Source: a virus
Length of the DNA stretch: 64,000 nucleotides
IMG/VR virus record: IMGVR_UViG_3300025289_000025
Coordinates: 26,297 to 90,296 of that record
Direction: 5' to 3' (one strand)
This document shows, in pieces, positions 37,705-47,524 of this stretch. Under the pieces are notes generated by a model. The model saw only the letters and a list, made by a program, of their open reading frames with translations, was not told the origin of the DNA and ran no database searches. The position numbers and the translations under genes were made by a program. Positions within the stretch are counted from its first letter, which is position 1, and each line of letters starts with the position of its first letter.

Positions 37705-38839
37705 TTATTAAAATCTCCCTGATTTTTCCAATGTAAATAGTTTTAGGGGAAGAAACTGTTTTAAGTTCGTCAATGGCTTTTAAAATAGTTTTATCCACAT
37801 CTTTAGCAAAAATAGAATTAGTGTCTATTCTTATGACTGATATTTGAAATAATTTATCTACATAATCATCTCTTTTACGATCTCTTTTTATCCCCTCTTC
37901 TGAATAATGGTCACTATAACCATCGTATTCTATAATTATTTTAAAATCCGGCAAATAAGCATCGGCAAGAATATAAGAAAAATCTAATTGTCCCAATTGA
38001 AAGAAGCACTCCGGTTCGTATTTAAATCCCATAGAATCTAAATATTCATAAAGTTTCCTTTGCCCTTCGGATATCCCCCCGTTTTTCTTTATGGTTTCTT
38101 TTGCTTTAGCCCAAACTAGTCTAGCAGTTTCTGGATCCTTCATGGGATTGTTATTAGATAACATTCTATTCTTAGCATCCAAACGTTCTCTTCCTTTATT
38201 AGGATGTACATAACCATCTAAAGCACAAGTTCTTTTATAAGACTCGATCATTCTATTTCTTATCTCCAGAACCTTCATGGGGTTATCTTCCTTCATTCTA
38301 GCAGAAGCTATATCCTTGGCTTCCTCAGACATTTTGCTAGGTTTTCCTAATAAATCAGGCCTTAATCTACCTTTATTTGGGTGAACAAAATTAGGATCAT
38401 TTAATGTTTTCATTAGAGATTCATGACTTTTATTTTTAATCTCTTCATCTTTCATAGGATTATTTTCTTTCATTCTAACAGAGGCATTTTCTTTCATTTT
38501 CTTTGTCCAAATTGCCCCCGGTTTTCCCGTCCGGGATTTTGATATCCTTTCCCTAGTCTGTTCTGAACAAATTCTTCTTCTATTAGCATCTCCTATTTTT
38601 TTCTTAACTTCTTCTCTGCAGGCAGGATTAGTATCTCCGAACATACTATCATATTTTCCTTGCTTCCATTGTTCTTTCTTTATTTCAGATTGAATTTGTC
38701 GGGATTCTTCTGATATTCCATTTCTGATAGCTTCTTTTTCTTTTTCTGTCCTTGGAATACCTTTATTCCAAGCTGCTTGCACCCCTGTTTTCCCTTTATT
38801 CCAAGGAATGCAGCCTTTGGCTGGTCCTCGTTTACCCAT
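37694..38839 (-). CDS. Free-standing homing endonuclease: NUMOD3/NPMK repeats + DUF559/Vsr-like nuclease
   Basis: PWNKG, NPMKD repeats, ISEGQ.KLY, ADAY.P....EYDG..DH...D..RD; overlaps both intein halves. Confidence 0.85.
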   Translation of the reverse strand: MGKRGPAKGCIPWNKGKTGVQAAWNKGIPRTEKEKEAIRNGISEESRQIQSEIKKEQWKQGKYDSMFGDTNPACREEVKKKIGDANRRRICSEQTRERISKSRTGKPGAIWTKKMKENASVRMKENNPMKDEEIKNKSHESLMKTLNDPNFVHPNKGRLRPDLLGKPSKMSEEAKDIASARMKEDNPMKVLEIRNRMIESYKRTCALDGYVHPNKGRERLDAKNRMLSNNNPMKDPETARLVWAKAKETIKKNGGISEGQRKLYEYLDSMGFKYEPECFFQLGQLDFSYILADAYLPDFKIIIEYDGYSDHYSEEGIKRDRKRDDYVDKLFQISVIRIDTNSIFAKDVDKTILKAIDELKTVSSPKTIYIGKIREILINAN

Positions 38840-39390
38840 TAATATATCTCCAAAAGTAAGTCGTCTTCATTAAGTTGCCCGGCTTCTACCCACCCTCGTT
38901 TGGTAAAAATTTGGTGATCTTCCGTAACAACTAGAAGTCCTTTTTCAGTTTCTATTTCTACTAAATTAGTTTTTTCTGAAGAAGATGATAACAAAACTTG
39001 GGTAAACTCTACTTTTTTGGTCGATTCGTTATATGAGGCTATCTCATCCCCCACCTTTATATCTTCAATTTTTTTGAATCCTGTTTTAGTAGTAATCAAT
39101 TGACCTTTTGCTATGCAGTATAGTGCATCATAAACATCTGCATTAAGGGGCATGGGGCAATGATTTTTTCTTAGGCTCACTTCAAGGAAAGAAGTAATTT
39201 CATCTTTATTGAGCAATCTTTGTTTTATTTCAAATTTTTCACTATCGAATGAAAATTCCTTGTATCCAATTTTTCTACCCTTTTCTTTAACTAGTCCTTT
39301 ATGTTTTTCTAGAAAGTCCAGCATTCCTCTTCTTGGGATGATGTTCTTCACCAGTTCACGCAACTCCCAATATCCGTTAAATAATTTCAT
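38839..39390 (-). CDS. Radical SAM paralog B, N-terminal precursor: 91-aa extein + split-intein N half (92 aa, starting at 39117)
   Basis: HCPMPLNADVYDALY|CIAKGQLI.T..G.KKIEDIKVGD, block B VTEDH, GWVEAG.L; ends with no C-terminal HN. Confidence 0.9.
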   Translation of the reverse strand: MKLFNGYWELRELVKNIIPRRGMLDFLEKHKGLVKEKGRKIGYKEFSFDSEKFEIKQRLLNKDEITSFLEVSLRKNHCPMPLNADVYDALYCIAKGQLITTKTGFKKIEDIKVGDEIASYNESTKKVEFTQVLLSSSSEKTNLVEIETEKGLLVVTEDHQIFTKRGWVEAGQLNEDDLLLEIY

Positions 39391-39685
39391 TTATTTTAAT
39401 ATCTCCTATTTCTTCTTCCAATTCATTTTCATCAAATTCGTCAATATCAATTTCTATTTTATACCAATATCTGAAAAATGCTTTTTTCAATTTTCTTTTA
39501 AATGCTAACGCCTCTAACTTAGTATCGAATAACCATTCCATATCCCTATACATAATTCCTTCGTCATCATATGTCCCCGCTGCCCACCAATGTTTACTAT
39601 CTTCGGCCATAGCCAAATCGCTTACAAATTTCCATTCTTCCATATTAGAAACTTCAATATTTAAAGTCAATTCGTATTTGGTCAA
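39377..39685 (-). CDS. Hypothetical acidic protein
   Basis: Overlaps both neighbours. Confidence 0.55.
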   Translation of the reverse strand: MTKYELTLNIEVSNMEEWKFVSDLAMAEDSKHWWAAGTYDDEGIMYRDMEWLFDTKLEALAFKRKLKKAFFRYWYKIEIDIDEFDENELEEEIGDIKINEII

Positions 39686-40437
39686 TGATTCGCTCTTTTC
39701 TTAGCTGCTATTCTCATCTTTATTTTAGTTTCTTCAGATTTTGGTTTTCCTTTACCGGATAAACTCATTTTTTTCTTAGTCTCCTCAGAAAGAGGTTTTC
39801 CTTTTAAAGCTAAACTTATTTTTTCTTTATGTTCTTTAGAAAGATGTTTTCCTTTATTAGCTAAACTTAATTTTCTTTTTAACTCCTCCGAAAGAATATG
39901 TTTTCCTTTATTGGCCAAACCTATTTTTGCTTTAGTTTCTTCAGAAGGATGTTTTCCTATATGTATTAAACTCATTCTTTTTCTAGTTTCTTCTGTATGG
40001 TGTTTCCCAAATAAAGGGTGATTTTCTCCTTTATTAGCTAAACTTATTTTCCCCCTCGTTTCTTCTGAATTTATTTTTCCATTATGAGCTAAACTTATTT
40101 TTTTCTTAGTTTTTTCTGTATGCTTATACCCCAAAGTAGAACTAGCATATCTACAAATATCATATCCATATATTCGATCATATGATTTATAAAAGTCTTT
40201 CCAATATTGTTCCCTAGTAGTTAATTGATCTAAATATTTAATTATTTCTATTACCATAAATACAAAAGATTCTTCCCCATATTTATAATAAGCTGCTTGT
40301 ATATGTTTAGTATGTTTTCCCTTACGAAGTTCCGTCAAATGTTGATTCCATCTGTTATACACGTCTTTAGAAGATCCTATATATTTCTTTCCGTTGATTC
40401 TATTAAGAATCATATATACCCCAGATATTCTTTTCAT
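39682..40437 (-). CDS. GIY-YIG homing endonuclease with NUMOD3 repeats
   Basis: SGVY.I.N..NGKKYIGSS, REQYW, and repeated SEETK.K.S...KG. Confidence 0.92.
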   Translation of the reverse strand: MKRISGVYMILNRINGKKYIGSSKDVYNRWNQHLTELRKGKHTKHIQAAYYKYGEESFVFMVIEIIKYLDQLTTREQYWKDFYKSYDRIYGYDICRYASSTLGYKHTEKTKKKISLAHNGKINSEETRGKISLANKGENHPLFGKHHTEETRKRMSLIHIGKHPSEETKAKIGLANKGKHILSEELKRKLSLANKGKHLSKEHKEKISLALKGKPLSEETKKKMSLSGKGKPKSEETKIKMRIAAKKRANH

Positions 40438-40493
40438 TTAAAGCCCTATCATCGTATTTTATTTCTCAAACCCATCCATATATTCTCGTTTGG

Positions 40494-41125
40494 TCAATTA
40501 TCTCTCCTTCCTTGTCCGGGGGGAGAATTAGTTGGTCTTGGAGTAGTAGGAGGGGAATTCCATCCCCCTTTGCACATATTGTTAAGGGGAGTAGGGGGTG
40601 GCGGAGGGGTTGGAACGTTAGGCATTTTAGTAGGCATTCTAGGTTGGTAACTTCTTCGTTTGTATTTTCTTTCCCCAGCCCCCCATAAATAGCACACTAA
40701 TCCCCAAGCTAGAAAAAGGATGAGGTCTTCCCAAGTATACATCGTAACGTGCACTATATATCGCCCTCCCTATATATACTACAGGATTTCTTGTCGTTTC
40801 ACCCTAAAATTTATAATATTTATTGTATATCTTCATATATTGGCACGGTCACGCATCTCCTCGCCCTTTTTCCATCCCAAGTTTTTGGTAAAAAACAAGC
40901 TCCCATATCCTCTTTCGTTTTGATATTTACTACGATCATTATTAATTTTTTAACCACCAAAAGTGGTCCCTTTTCATCCAATGTATATGTTACTGTATAA
41001 TAAGTTCCTTTTGGAATTCTCTTGATAAATTGAAGAACTTCCCATTTAGCTGTATACAATCTTTGATTATCAACCTCTAGCATATCATTATTTATTAAAA
41101 TAGTTCTAGTCACCGAAATTCCCAT
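40494..41125 (-). other. Two hypothetical ORFs (40494-40754, membrane/Pro-rich; 40820-41125)
   Basis: ORF track; the shared promoter-like motif lies between them at ~40775-40803. Confidence 0.5.
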
Positions 41126-41126
41126 T

Positions 41127-43394
41127 TTATCTCCCTAACGTATCTTTAAAATATTTTATTGTATATTGCAATCCTTCTTTAAAATTTACTTTTGGCCTCC
41201 ATTTTAATATTTCTTTGGCCAAAGATATATCTGGCTTTCTCCTAGTAGGATCATCTAATGGCAAAGATTTGAATTCTAATTTAGAATCAGATTCGGTTAA
41301 ATTTACTATGAGATTTGCTACGTCCACTATTTTCAATTCTTCTGGATTCCCCAAATTAATAGGGCCCACATATTTATCCTGTTCCATCATAGATATCAAA
41401 CCATTCACAGTATCACTTATATAGCAAAAAGATCGAGTTTGTTTTCCATTTCCATAAATGGTTATAGGTTTACTCGTTAATGCTTGAACTATAAAATTAG
41501 ATACTACCCTTCCATCGTTTATTTTCATATTGGGGCCATAAGTATTATGGCAAGATATTAAATCTCCTCCAATAAAATTTTCAAAATTTTTCACGGAGAA
41601 ATCATAAACATTCTCTTCTATTAAATCAAATTTTTTTATATCTTTGATATGCGCCCATTGAATATCGCTATTCTTTTTTCTTTGTAATTTTTGAACTACG
41701 GTATCTAATCTAGATATATCATAATGGCTTAATCCTTGCACCGTTATTAAGTATCCTTTATAAAGTTTGGGATTATCTTTACTGCATGTAGTATAATAGC
41801 AACAGGTACTCCCAATTATCCCAAATTTTAATAAAATTAAATTTAAATTGTCTATCAAATTTATGCTAGATGAACTAAAAATTAATTTATTACCAGTAGT
41901 TTTAGCATCGTGGTTTCCATCCCCTTCCCAAAATCCTAAAAGGAACCATTTAAGTTGATCTTTGGGTAATTGTATAATCCAATCTGGAATAATTTTTTCT
42001 AGTTGTTTTTTAATTCCAAATTCAAAATATTTAGTTACCAATTCAAAAATGATTTTACTACGAATACAAATATGAGGTTTTGTATCTGAGGAATAAATTT
42101 TTGTTTCTAATTCAAATAAATTATAAATTATTTGATTTAATTTTTGAAGGTATTTCAAATCAGAATAAAAATGTAATTGATAATCCCCCCCATTATTATT
42201 TACTAAACTTCCTTCTGCAACATAAAAACCTAAAAACCACAAAAATTCCTCCATAATATTAATATTATTTTTAATAATATGCTTAGAATCATCTAGAACG
42301 ATATAATCATTGGAGTTTAGTATAATATTATTACTTTTGAGAAAACTGGATTTTATTCTTTTGACTCTTTTGAAATTATTTATAGTTGATGGTAATCCAA
42401 CACCACTTTGTTTACATTTATTTATAAAATATTTATTGTTAATAATCCTTTCTAAATCATCATCATTAGATACATAAAAATTAAAATCTTGTTTTAGAAT
42501 ATTTGATATTTTAAATGGCATTAATGGAATATCTATCCATTTTATTTGATTTGGTATAGCAATAATATCACCAATTACCAAATCTTTGACAAATTTTTCT
42601 TGAATTTTCTGATTTTTATTTAAAATGAAAACTCCATGATCCTCCGTCAATTTTATTTGTTTTCCCCAAGTTAAAAATAATTCGTAGCCGTTTTTTGTCA
42701 CTTTATGTTTATGGATTCCACTAATAGGGGAAAGAACATATCGGTTATCTTTACCAAAGCAAGGAACTATTATATTTTCTATCTCATTTTTTATATCGTC
42801 ATAGCAATCTATAAATTTTTTATACTTTAAAATACCATTTTTATAGTAAATAACTTTTTGGTCCCCCGTAAGACTATTGAATATTCTAACCACCCGGATG
42901 GGAACATTATTTTGTCTGTAGTAATCGAAAAATAACGTCTCTGCACATCTTTTCCCTTCATCATAGCATGATCTAATTCCGATTGGATTTACATTGCCCC
43001 AATATTCCTCCGTTTGAGGATGTTCTTGGGGATTCCCGTATACTTCTGATGTGGATGCTTGCAATATTTTAGCTTTAGTCCTCTTGGCTAATCCTAGCAT
43101 ATTTATAGCCCCGTGAACTATCGTCTTAGTGGTTTGAACGGGGTCCTTTTGGTAATAAATTGGGGATGCCGGAGCCGCTAGATTATATATCTCGTCTACT
43201 TCAATATATAGGGGAAAGGTTACATCATGACGTAATAATTCAAAATTAGGATTAGTCATTAATGGAATAATATTTTTTTTGGTAGAAGAAAAAAAATTGT
43301 CTAAGCAAATAACTTCATTTCTCAATTCCAATAATTTTTTACATAGGTGAGATCCAATAAAACCGGCTCCCCCCGTTACTAATATTCTTTTCAA
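41127..43394 (-). CDS. UDP-glucuronate decarboxylase (UDP-xylose synthase)-like SDR, intein-containing
   Basis: [36 protein letters not shown]|[19 protein letters not shown]; the spliced product is 311 aa. Confidence 0.93.
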   Translation of the reverse strand: MKRILVTGGAGFIGSHLCKKLLELRNEVICLDNFFSSTKKNIIPLMTNPNFELLRHDVTFPLYIEVDEIYNLAAPASPIYYQKDPVQTTKTIVHGAINMLGLAKRTKAKILQASTSEVYGNPQEHPQTEEYWGNVNPIGIRSCYDEGKRCAETLFFDYYRQNNVPIRVVRIFNSLTGDQKVIYYKNGILKYKKFIDCYDDIKNEIENIIVPCFGKDNRYVLSPISGIHKHKVTKNGYELFLTWGKQIKLTEDHGVFILNKNQKIQEKFVKDLVIGDIIAIPNQIKWIDIPLMPFKISNILKQDFNFYVSNDDDLERIINNKYFINKCKQSGVGLPSTINNFKRVKRIKSSFLKSNNIILNSNDYIVLDDSKHIIKNNINIMEEFLWFLGFYVAEGSLVNNNGGDYQLHFYSDLKYLQKLNQIIYNLFELETKIYSSDTKPHICIRSKIIFELVTKYFEFGIKKQLEKIIPDWIIQLPKDQLKWFLLGFWEGDGNHDAKTTGNKLIFSSSSINLIDNLNLILLKFGIIGSTCCYYTTCSKDNPKLYKGYLITVQGLSHYDISRLDTVVQKLQRKKNSDIQWAHIKDIKKFDLIEENVYDFSVKNFENFIGGDLISCHNTYGPNMKINDGRVVSNFIVQALTSKPITIYGNGKQTRSFCYISDTVNGLISMMEQDKYVGPINLGNPEELKIVDVANLIVNLTESDSKLEFKSLPLDDPTRRKPDISLAKEILKWRPKVNFKEGLQYTIKYFKDTLGR
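41544..42875 (-). mobile_element. Contiguous intein (444 aa) with LAGLIDADG endonuclease
   Basis: Starts SLTGDQ, block [14 protein letters not shown] and [15 protein letters not shown], ends CHN followed by +1 Thr. Confidence 0.93.
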
Positions 43395-44572
43395 AATAGA
43401 AGTCCTTTCTTATCTTCAACGGAGCCTTCTTCTTTTCTTCCATAAATATTCATACCATTTTTATCTTTATCTAAAACTTTAATTTCTGGGCTATCATTCA
43501 AAGAGAAATATTGTCCCTTTCCATTCCAAATTTCTTTCATTCGATCATAAGCCTCAGGCTGTCGAAAGGTTATTGCTTCCATATCATCCCAACAAACTAA
43601 CCCCTTTTCCATTATTATTTTACAAGCATGTTGAAAAGTAAATTCGTAGGGAACGAATAGCCCATCAACTCCACAACAACTTTCACAAGAATTACTAAAT
43701 GGAAAATTTACAAAATCAGGGGAGGACGCAGGGACGTTTTTATTTTTCAAAATTTCTCTAAATTGTTTTCCTACGGGAGTCCAATTTTCATCTAGATTCT
43801 TTTCCAAAAGTTTGACGTAATTATATCCTCTGCTTTCGAATTCTTTTTGAGCTATTTTGTAATTTGACGTTCGATAATTGAAAAAACTAACATGTTTAGC
43901 TCCAGTACGAGATGCCATCTCAGCGTACCCTTCCAACATGTCTTCTTTTGAATTGATTCCCACTAGGATTGGTTCCCAACGCACAGCCGTCCAAATACCC
44001 ATGTCGTTTAGCGTCTTAACTAGGGACCATCTCATAGATGGGGGAGGTAATCCCGGCTCCAATTTATAATTCAGAGTGTCACTTCCCCCCATGATAGAAA
44101 TGATAATAGCTACGTTTATATCTTTCAGAAGGTCCAAATATTTTTTTAATCCGACGTAATGGCTTTTCGTTTCGATGATCATGGGTACTTTATATTCTTT
44201 GAATAATTTGAGAACTGGGACAACTACGTTATCCCTCATATCTTCTAAACAGAATGTTTCTGCTTTGCTTCCCATATTAAAAGGGAGTCCTCTACGAAGA
44301 CATTGAATATTCCAATTATCGTAATATTTATCTGATCCAAAGGCTTTATCAAATAATTGTTTAAAGTCATCTGGATTACAGGCCCTTACTAAATCTCTTG
44401 TCCACCCCGTATAATAATGGTTATATAGTCCTGCCTCCATTTCTCTACAAAAACAATTATGAACTAGTACCCCGTCTGCAAAATAATTGGGGTTATCTTC
44501 CACTTCTATATTAAATACTTGAATAGTTTCTTCTTCAGGCATAACTTTTGATATTTCTACCCATTTAAGCAT
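43391..44572 (-). CDS. Radical SAM paralog A, C-terminal precursor: split-intein C half (39 aa, 44456-44572) + radical SAM body
   Basis: [21 protein letters not shown]|CFCREM; body has IETKS, LEPGLP...R, VRWEPI and ESCCG. Confidence 0.9.
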   Translation of the reverse strand: MLKWVEISKVMPEEETIQVFNIEVEDNPNYFADGVLVHNCFCREMEAGLYNHYYTGWTRDLVRACNPDDFKQLFDKAFGSDKYYDNWNIQCLRRGLPFNMGSKAETFCLEDMRDNVVVPVLKLFKEYKVPMIIETKSHYVGLKKYLDLLKDINVAIIISIMGGSDTLNYKLEPGLPPPSMRWSLVKTLNDMGIWTAVRWEPILVGINSKEDMLEGYAEMASRTGAKHVSFFNYRTSNYKIAQKEFESRGYNYVKLLEKNLDENWTPVGKQFREILKNKNVPASSPDFVNFPFSNSCESCCGVDGLFVPYEFTFQHACKIIMEKGLVCWDDMEAITFRQPEAYDRMKEIWNGKGQYFSLNDSPEIKVLDKDKNGMNIYGRKEEGSVEDKKGLLF

Positions 44573-45537
44573 TGCAATTTCTCCACGATTATACTTTCTA
44601 AATTTGGGAGGTCTTCTGGCAATATTCGGATAGTTTTAACCCCATAACAAAATTTCAGTAATCGGTCTCTTATAGAATCTAATTTTGGTCCTTTCCCATC
44701 TCGATGAGTATAAAACCCGTCATATTCCCAAGCTATGTTGTTTATCGGGTCGTAGGCATCTACGAAAATATAAGAATACGGTTCTCCTTTGAAAATAAAT
44801 TGTTGTTCGGGGAAAAATTTTATTTTTAAATTATTCAAAGCGGAATATAATGCTTTTTGTCCCTTTGATATATGGCCGTTAGTATTTAAAATAGCGAATA
44901 TATTTTTTAAGTGTTTAGCAAAGTTTTCAGGTTGAGTATGGGACCAATGTCGTTCCCCAGAAGATTTTGCAGCTATAATAGGATCTTTCATTGGATTATT
45001 ATTAGTCATTCTTTCTATAGACCACTCGTTTCTCTTCCCCGTATTAGGATGAACGTATCCTTCTTGAGCATAGGTTTTTCTATGACTAACTAAGGATTTT
45101 GCTAAAATTTTAGGATCTTTCATAGGATTTGTTCTTTTAAAGAAATTATTAGAATTATGGCAAGGATTTTTATCTGAAGATAGTTCTATTTTTCTACAGC
45201 TCATACAAATTTTGCTCCCCGAACATTTTTTAGAACCGCAAATACAAATAACTGATTCTAAAGATCCTTCTGGGTATTTTTTCTTTTTTAATTTCATCGG
45301 GTTTTGATCGGTGGTTAATAAAATATCCCAACATTTTCTACAATGTTTATGATCCTTAAAAATTTCCTCCCCACAAACAACGCAATGGGATACTATTTTA
45401 GGCTTAATTTTAGGGGTAGGTCTACATCTAGGGTCTTTTATAGATACTAATTTTTTCCAACAATCCCAACATCTTTTAGAAGTGCCCCTCCAAACTATTT
45501 TACCACAATCTATGCAAGTAGGGATTTCATTTTTCAT
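44557..45537 (-). CDS. Free-standing homing endonuclease: CxxC repeats + NPMK repeats + DUF559/Vsr-like nuclease
   Basis: ISKGQKALY, SYIFVDAYDP....EYDG..TH...D..RD; paralog of 37694-38839. Confidence 0.85.
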   Translation of the reverse strand: MKNEIPTCIDCGKIVWRGTSKRCWDCWKKLVSIKDPRCRPTPKIKPKIVSHCVVCGEEIFKDHKHCRKCWDILLTTDQNPMKLKKKKYPEGSLESVICICGSKKCSGSKICMSCRKIELSSDKNPCHNSNNFFKRTNPMKDPKILAKSLVSHRKTYAQEGYVHPNTGKRNEWSIERMTNNNPMKDPIIAAKSSGERHWSHTQPENFAKHLKNIFAILNTNGHISKGQKALYSALNNLKIKFFPEQQFIFKGEPYSYIFVDAYDPINNIAWEYDGFYTHRDGKGPKLDSIRDRLLKFCYGVKTIRILPEDLPNLESIIVEKLQCLNG

Positions 45538-45934
45538 AAATTAATACTTTATCCCCCTTTATTAATTCCCCTGCTTCCACCCACCCCCGATCAGTAAATA
45601 CTTTATGATTTTTAGTTATTTTCAATAATTTATTTCCTATTTTTATTTTGATAATTTCTGAACTCCTATTCATAGTATGTTTAATTAATTTAGATTCTAC
45701 TTCAAATGTTTTTTCATTATAAGTTAATACTTTATCCCCTACTTTCAACTCTTCTATAGGTTTAGAAGTACCATTTGATAAGTTAATTGGTGTATCTCCT
45801 GATAGACACATCCAATTGCAACCTGCACTGCAACCAGCAAAGCAATCCCCCCCGAATGCTTGAGGACAACAAAGACTATCTGAACGAAATCCTACGATGG
45901 AACCAAATTTTAATTCTCTAATATCTTTTTTCAA
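45527..45934 (-). CDS. Radical SAM paralog A, N-terminal precursor: 42-aa extein + split-intein N half (93 aa, starting at 45808)
   Basis: CCPQAFGGDCFAGCSAGCNWM|CLSGDT.I....G..KPIEELKVGD, block B ITKNH, GWVEAGEL; TTG start. Confidence 0.88.
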   Translation of the reverse strand: MKKDIRELKFGSIVGFRSDSLCCPQAFGGDCFAGCSAGCNWMCLSGDTPINLSNGTSKPIEELKVGDKVLTYNEKTFEVESKLIKHTMNRSSEIIKIKIGNKLLKITKNHKVFTDRGWVEAGELIKGDKVLIYEK

Positions 45935-46332
45935 GATACGGCCTTTTCTTTTAATTCGAAGGGACCTTTTCTATCTTTTAGACTAAAATTCCCCAAAACT
46001 TTTTGTAAACATCTTTTTTGGTCTTCTGCTTCATCTATTGTCATTTCTGCGTTATAAATAGGAATAATTTTATCGCCCTTTAAATTAAATCCCACATTGT
46101 AAATCCAAATTTTATTGATATTGGGTATTATATGAGAAGTTGGTTTTATTAGTGTACCAGCCCCAACAAAACCATTAAGATATGTAATAACGTGAGCTAT
46201 TTTTACACGAGAATAAAAATACTCTAATTCAATAAATAATGTATCTCTCTGTTTTTTAGTAATATTTTTATTCTTACAACTTTCGTCCCACATATTATAG
46301 GTGTCTAGACTAAATGGAAATTCTCCATCCAT
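45931..46332 (-). CDS. Hypothetical protein
   Basis: RBS aggag; overlaps the next gene. Confidence 0.55.
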   Translation of the reverse strand: MDGEFPFSLDTYNMWDESCKNKNITKKQRDTLFIELEYFYSRVKIAHVITYLNGFVGAGTLIKPTSHIIPNINKIWIYNVGFNLKGDKIIPIYNAEMTIDEAEDQKRCLQKVLGNFSLKDRKGPFELKEKAVS

Positions 46333-46367
46333 TTATTGATTCTCCTTAATCCTAGTATTTTCTTTCA

Positions 46368-47210
46368 TCAATACCCCACTGGGAGTTCAAACGGAGAACA
46401 ATATTCTACGGGGACGATAACTTCACTAAAATATTTATTCAGAGATTTCCTAATATATTCCAAATAGGGAACATCAGATGGATAAATATTCATGATTAAA
46501 GAAGCTGCCACGTCCATTGCCCACATATCTTTTGAGGAAATTAAAACATTTGCTGGTTTGGGTATCCCACATTGTTCTGAATATTCTGATCCCACTATAC
46601 CATCCATTACGCAAGCAGCTATTCTATCTTTGATAAGAAAATATAAATCATGGAGTCTCTTATGAAGAATATCATAACTTCCGCGAGGATGCATGCTTCC
46701 CTTTTGGGCCATCATGCCCATCGTATTTTTTATAGCCCCCGTTACAATTGCAATATTATGAACCTTTAGTTTGGGAACGTTGATAACAAAATCGCATTCT
46801 AGCATCGTGTTAGAAAATTTAGCCCCAAATAATGATAGATGCCCATCTCTTCTATGCAAGGTAAATTCGTGAAATCTTGGGCCTTCTTGAAGTCCTATTA
46901 ACTGAACTCCGTATCGTTTTGGAAGTTGGTCATATCCAGATAATTTAATTGTGTACTCGAATTGGTCTTTAAATCCGCAATCTCCCACTACTATATCATT
47001 AGCTCCATTATTCATTAAATATTCAATTACTATAGAAATAACTTCAACTCTAGTAGTAGATGCTATATCCCATTTTGTAGGAGGGCAAACTAGATTGGGC
47101 TTTACGAAAATCTTTTTACCGTGGCAATCAGGAAAGTATTGCCAAAACTCTCGGGGGATATTTTCTAACTTCAAATTTGCGTAATCTGTTTCCCTATGAA
47201 ATTGAATCAA
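46368..47210 (-). CDS. DUF362 domain protein
   Basis: IFVKPNLV, VVGD, INVPKLKVH, TGAIKN.MG, MDGIVG, AMDV. Confidence 0.85.
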   Translation of the reverse strand: MIQFHRETDYANLKLENIPREFWQYFPDCHGKKIFVKPNLVCPPTKWDIASTTRVEVISIVIEYLMNNGANDIVVGDCGFKDQFEYTIKLSGYDQLPKRYGVQLIGLQEGPRFHEFTLHRRDGHLSLFGAKFSNTMLECDFVINVPKLKVHNIAIVTGAIKNTMGMMAQKGSMHPRGSYDILHKRLHDLYFLIKDRIAACVMDGIVGSEYSEQCGIPKPANVLISSKDMWAMDVAASLIMNIYPSDVPYLEYIRKSLNKYFSEVIVPVEYCSPFELPVGY

Positions 47211-47402
47211 TTATAACCTCGCTATTGGTAATACTATAGTTTTGGAATTGTTTATTATTTCTGCTAAAGTATCTTTAGCGACACTTTTTGCCAATATAGA
47301 GTTTGGGGATGCTACATCTACCCATATTTCTTTCCCCATTAATTTAAATATCACTCGCCATTCAGATACCCCAGATTTTTCATTTGCTGCCATCTATTCT
47401 CC

Positions 47403-47522
47403 TAAAATCGGGCCAGAGTTAGGTAGTATCTGGCTGCCCGCCTTAACACCAACTTGAGTTCCGCTATCGGTTCTGGATAACCCGTTGGTAATCGCGCTTC
47501 CTCAAGTAGCGGTATGATTTTA
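47403..47522 (-). ncRNA. Candidate structured RNA
   Basis: taaaatc/gatttta closing stem, with acttgag/ctcaagt and cggg..ccaga/tctgg..cccg stems inside. Confidence 0.35.
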
Positions 47523-47524
47523 TT

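Noticed and set aside
37694-38839. Group I intron explaining the interrupted radical SAM genes
   Set aside because: The ORFs overlap directly, leaving no room for a ribozyme core, and the flanks are clear intein halves.
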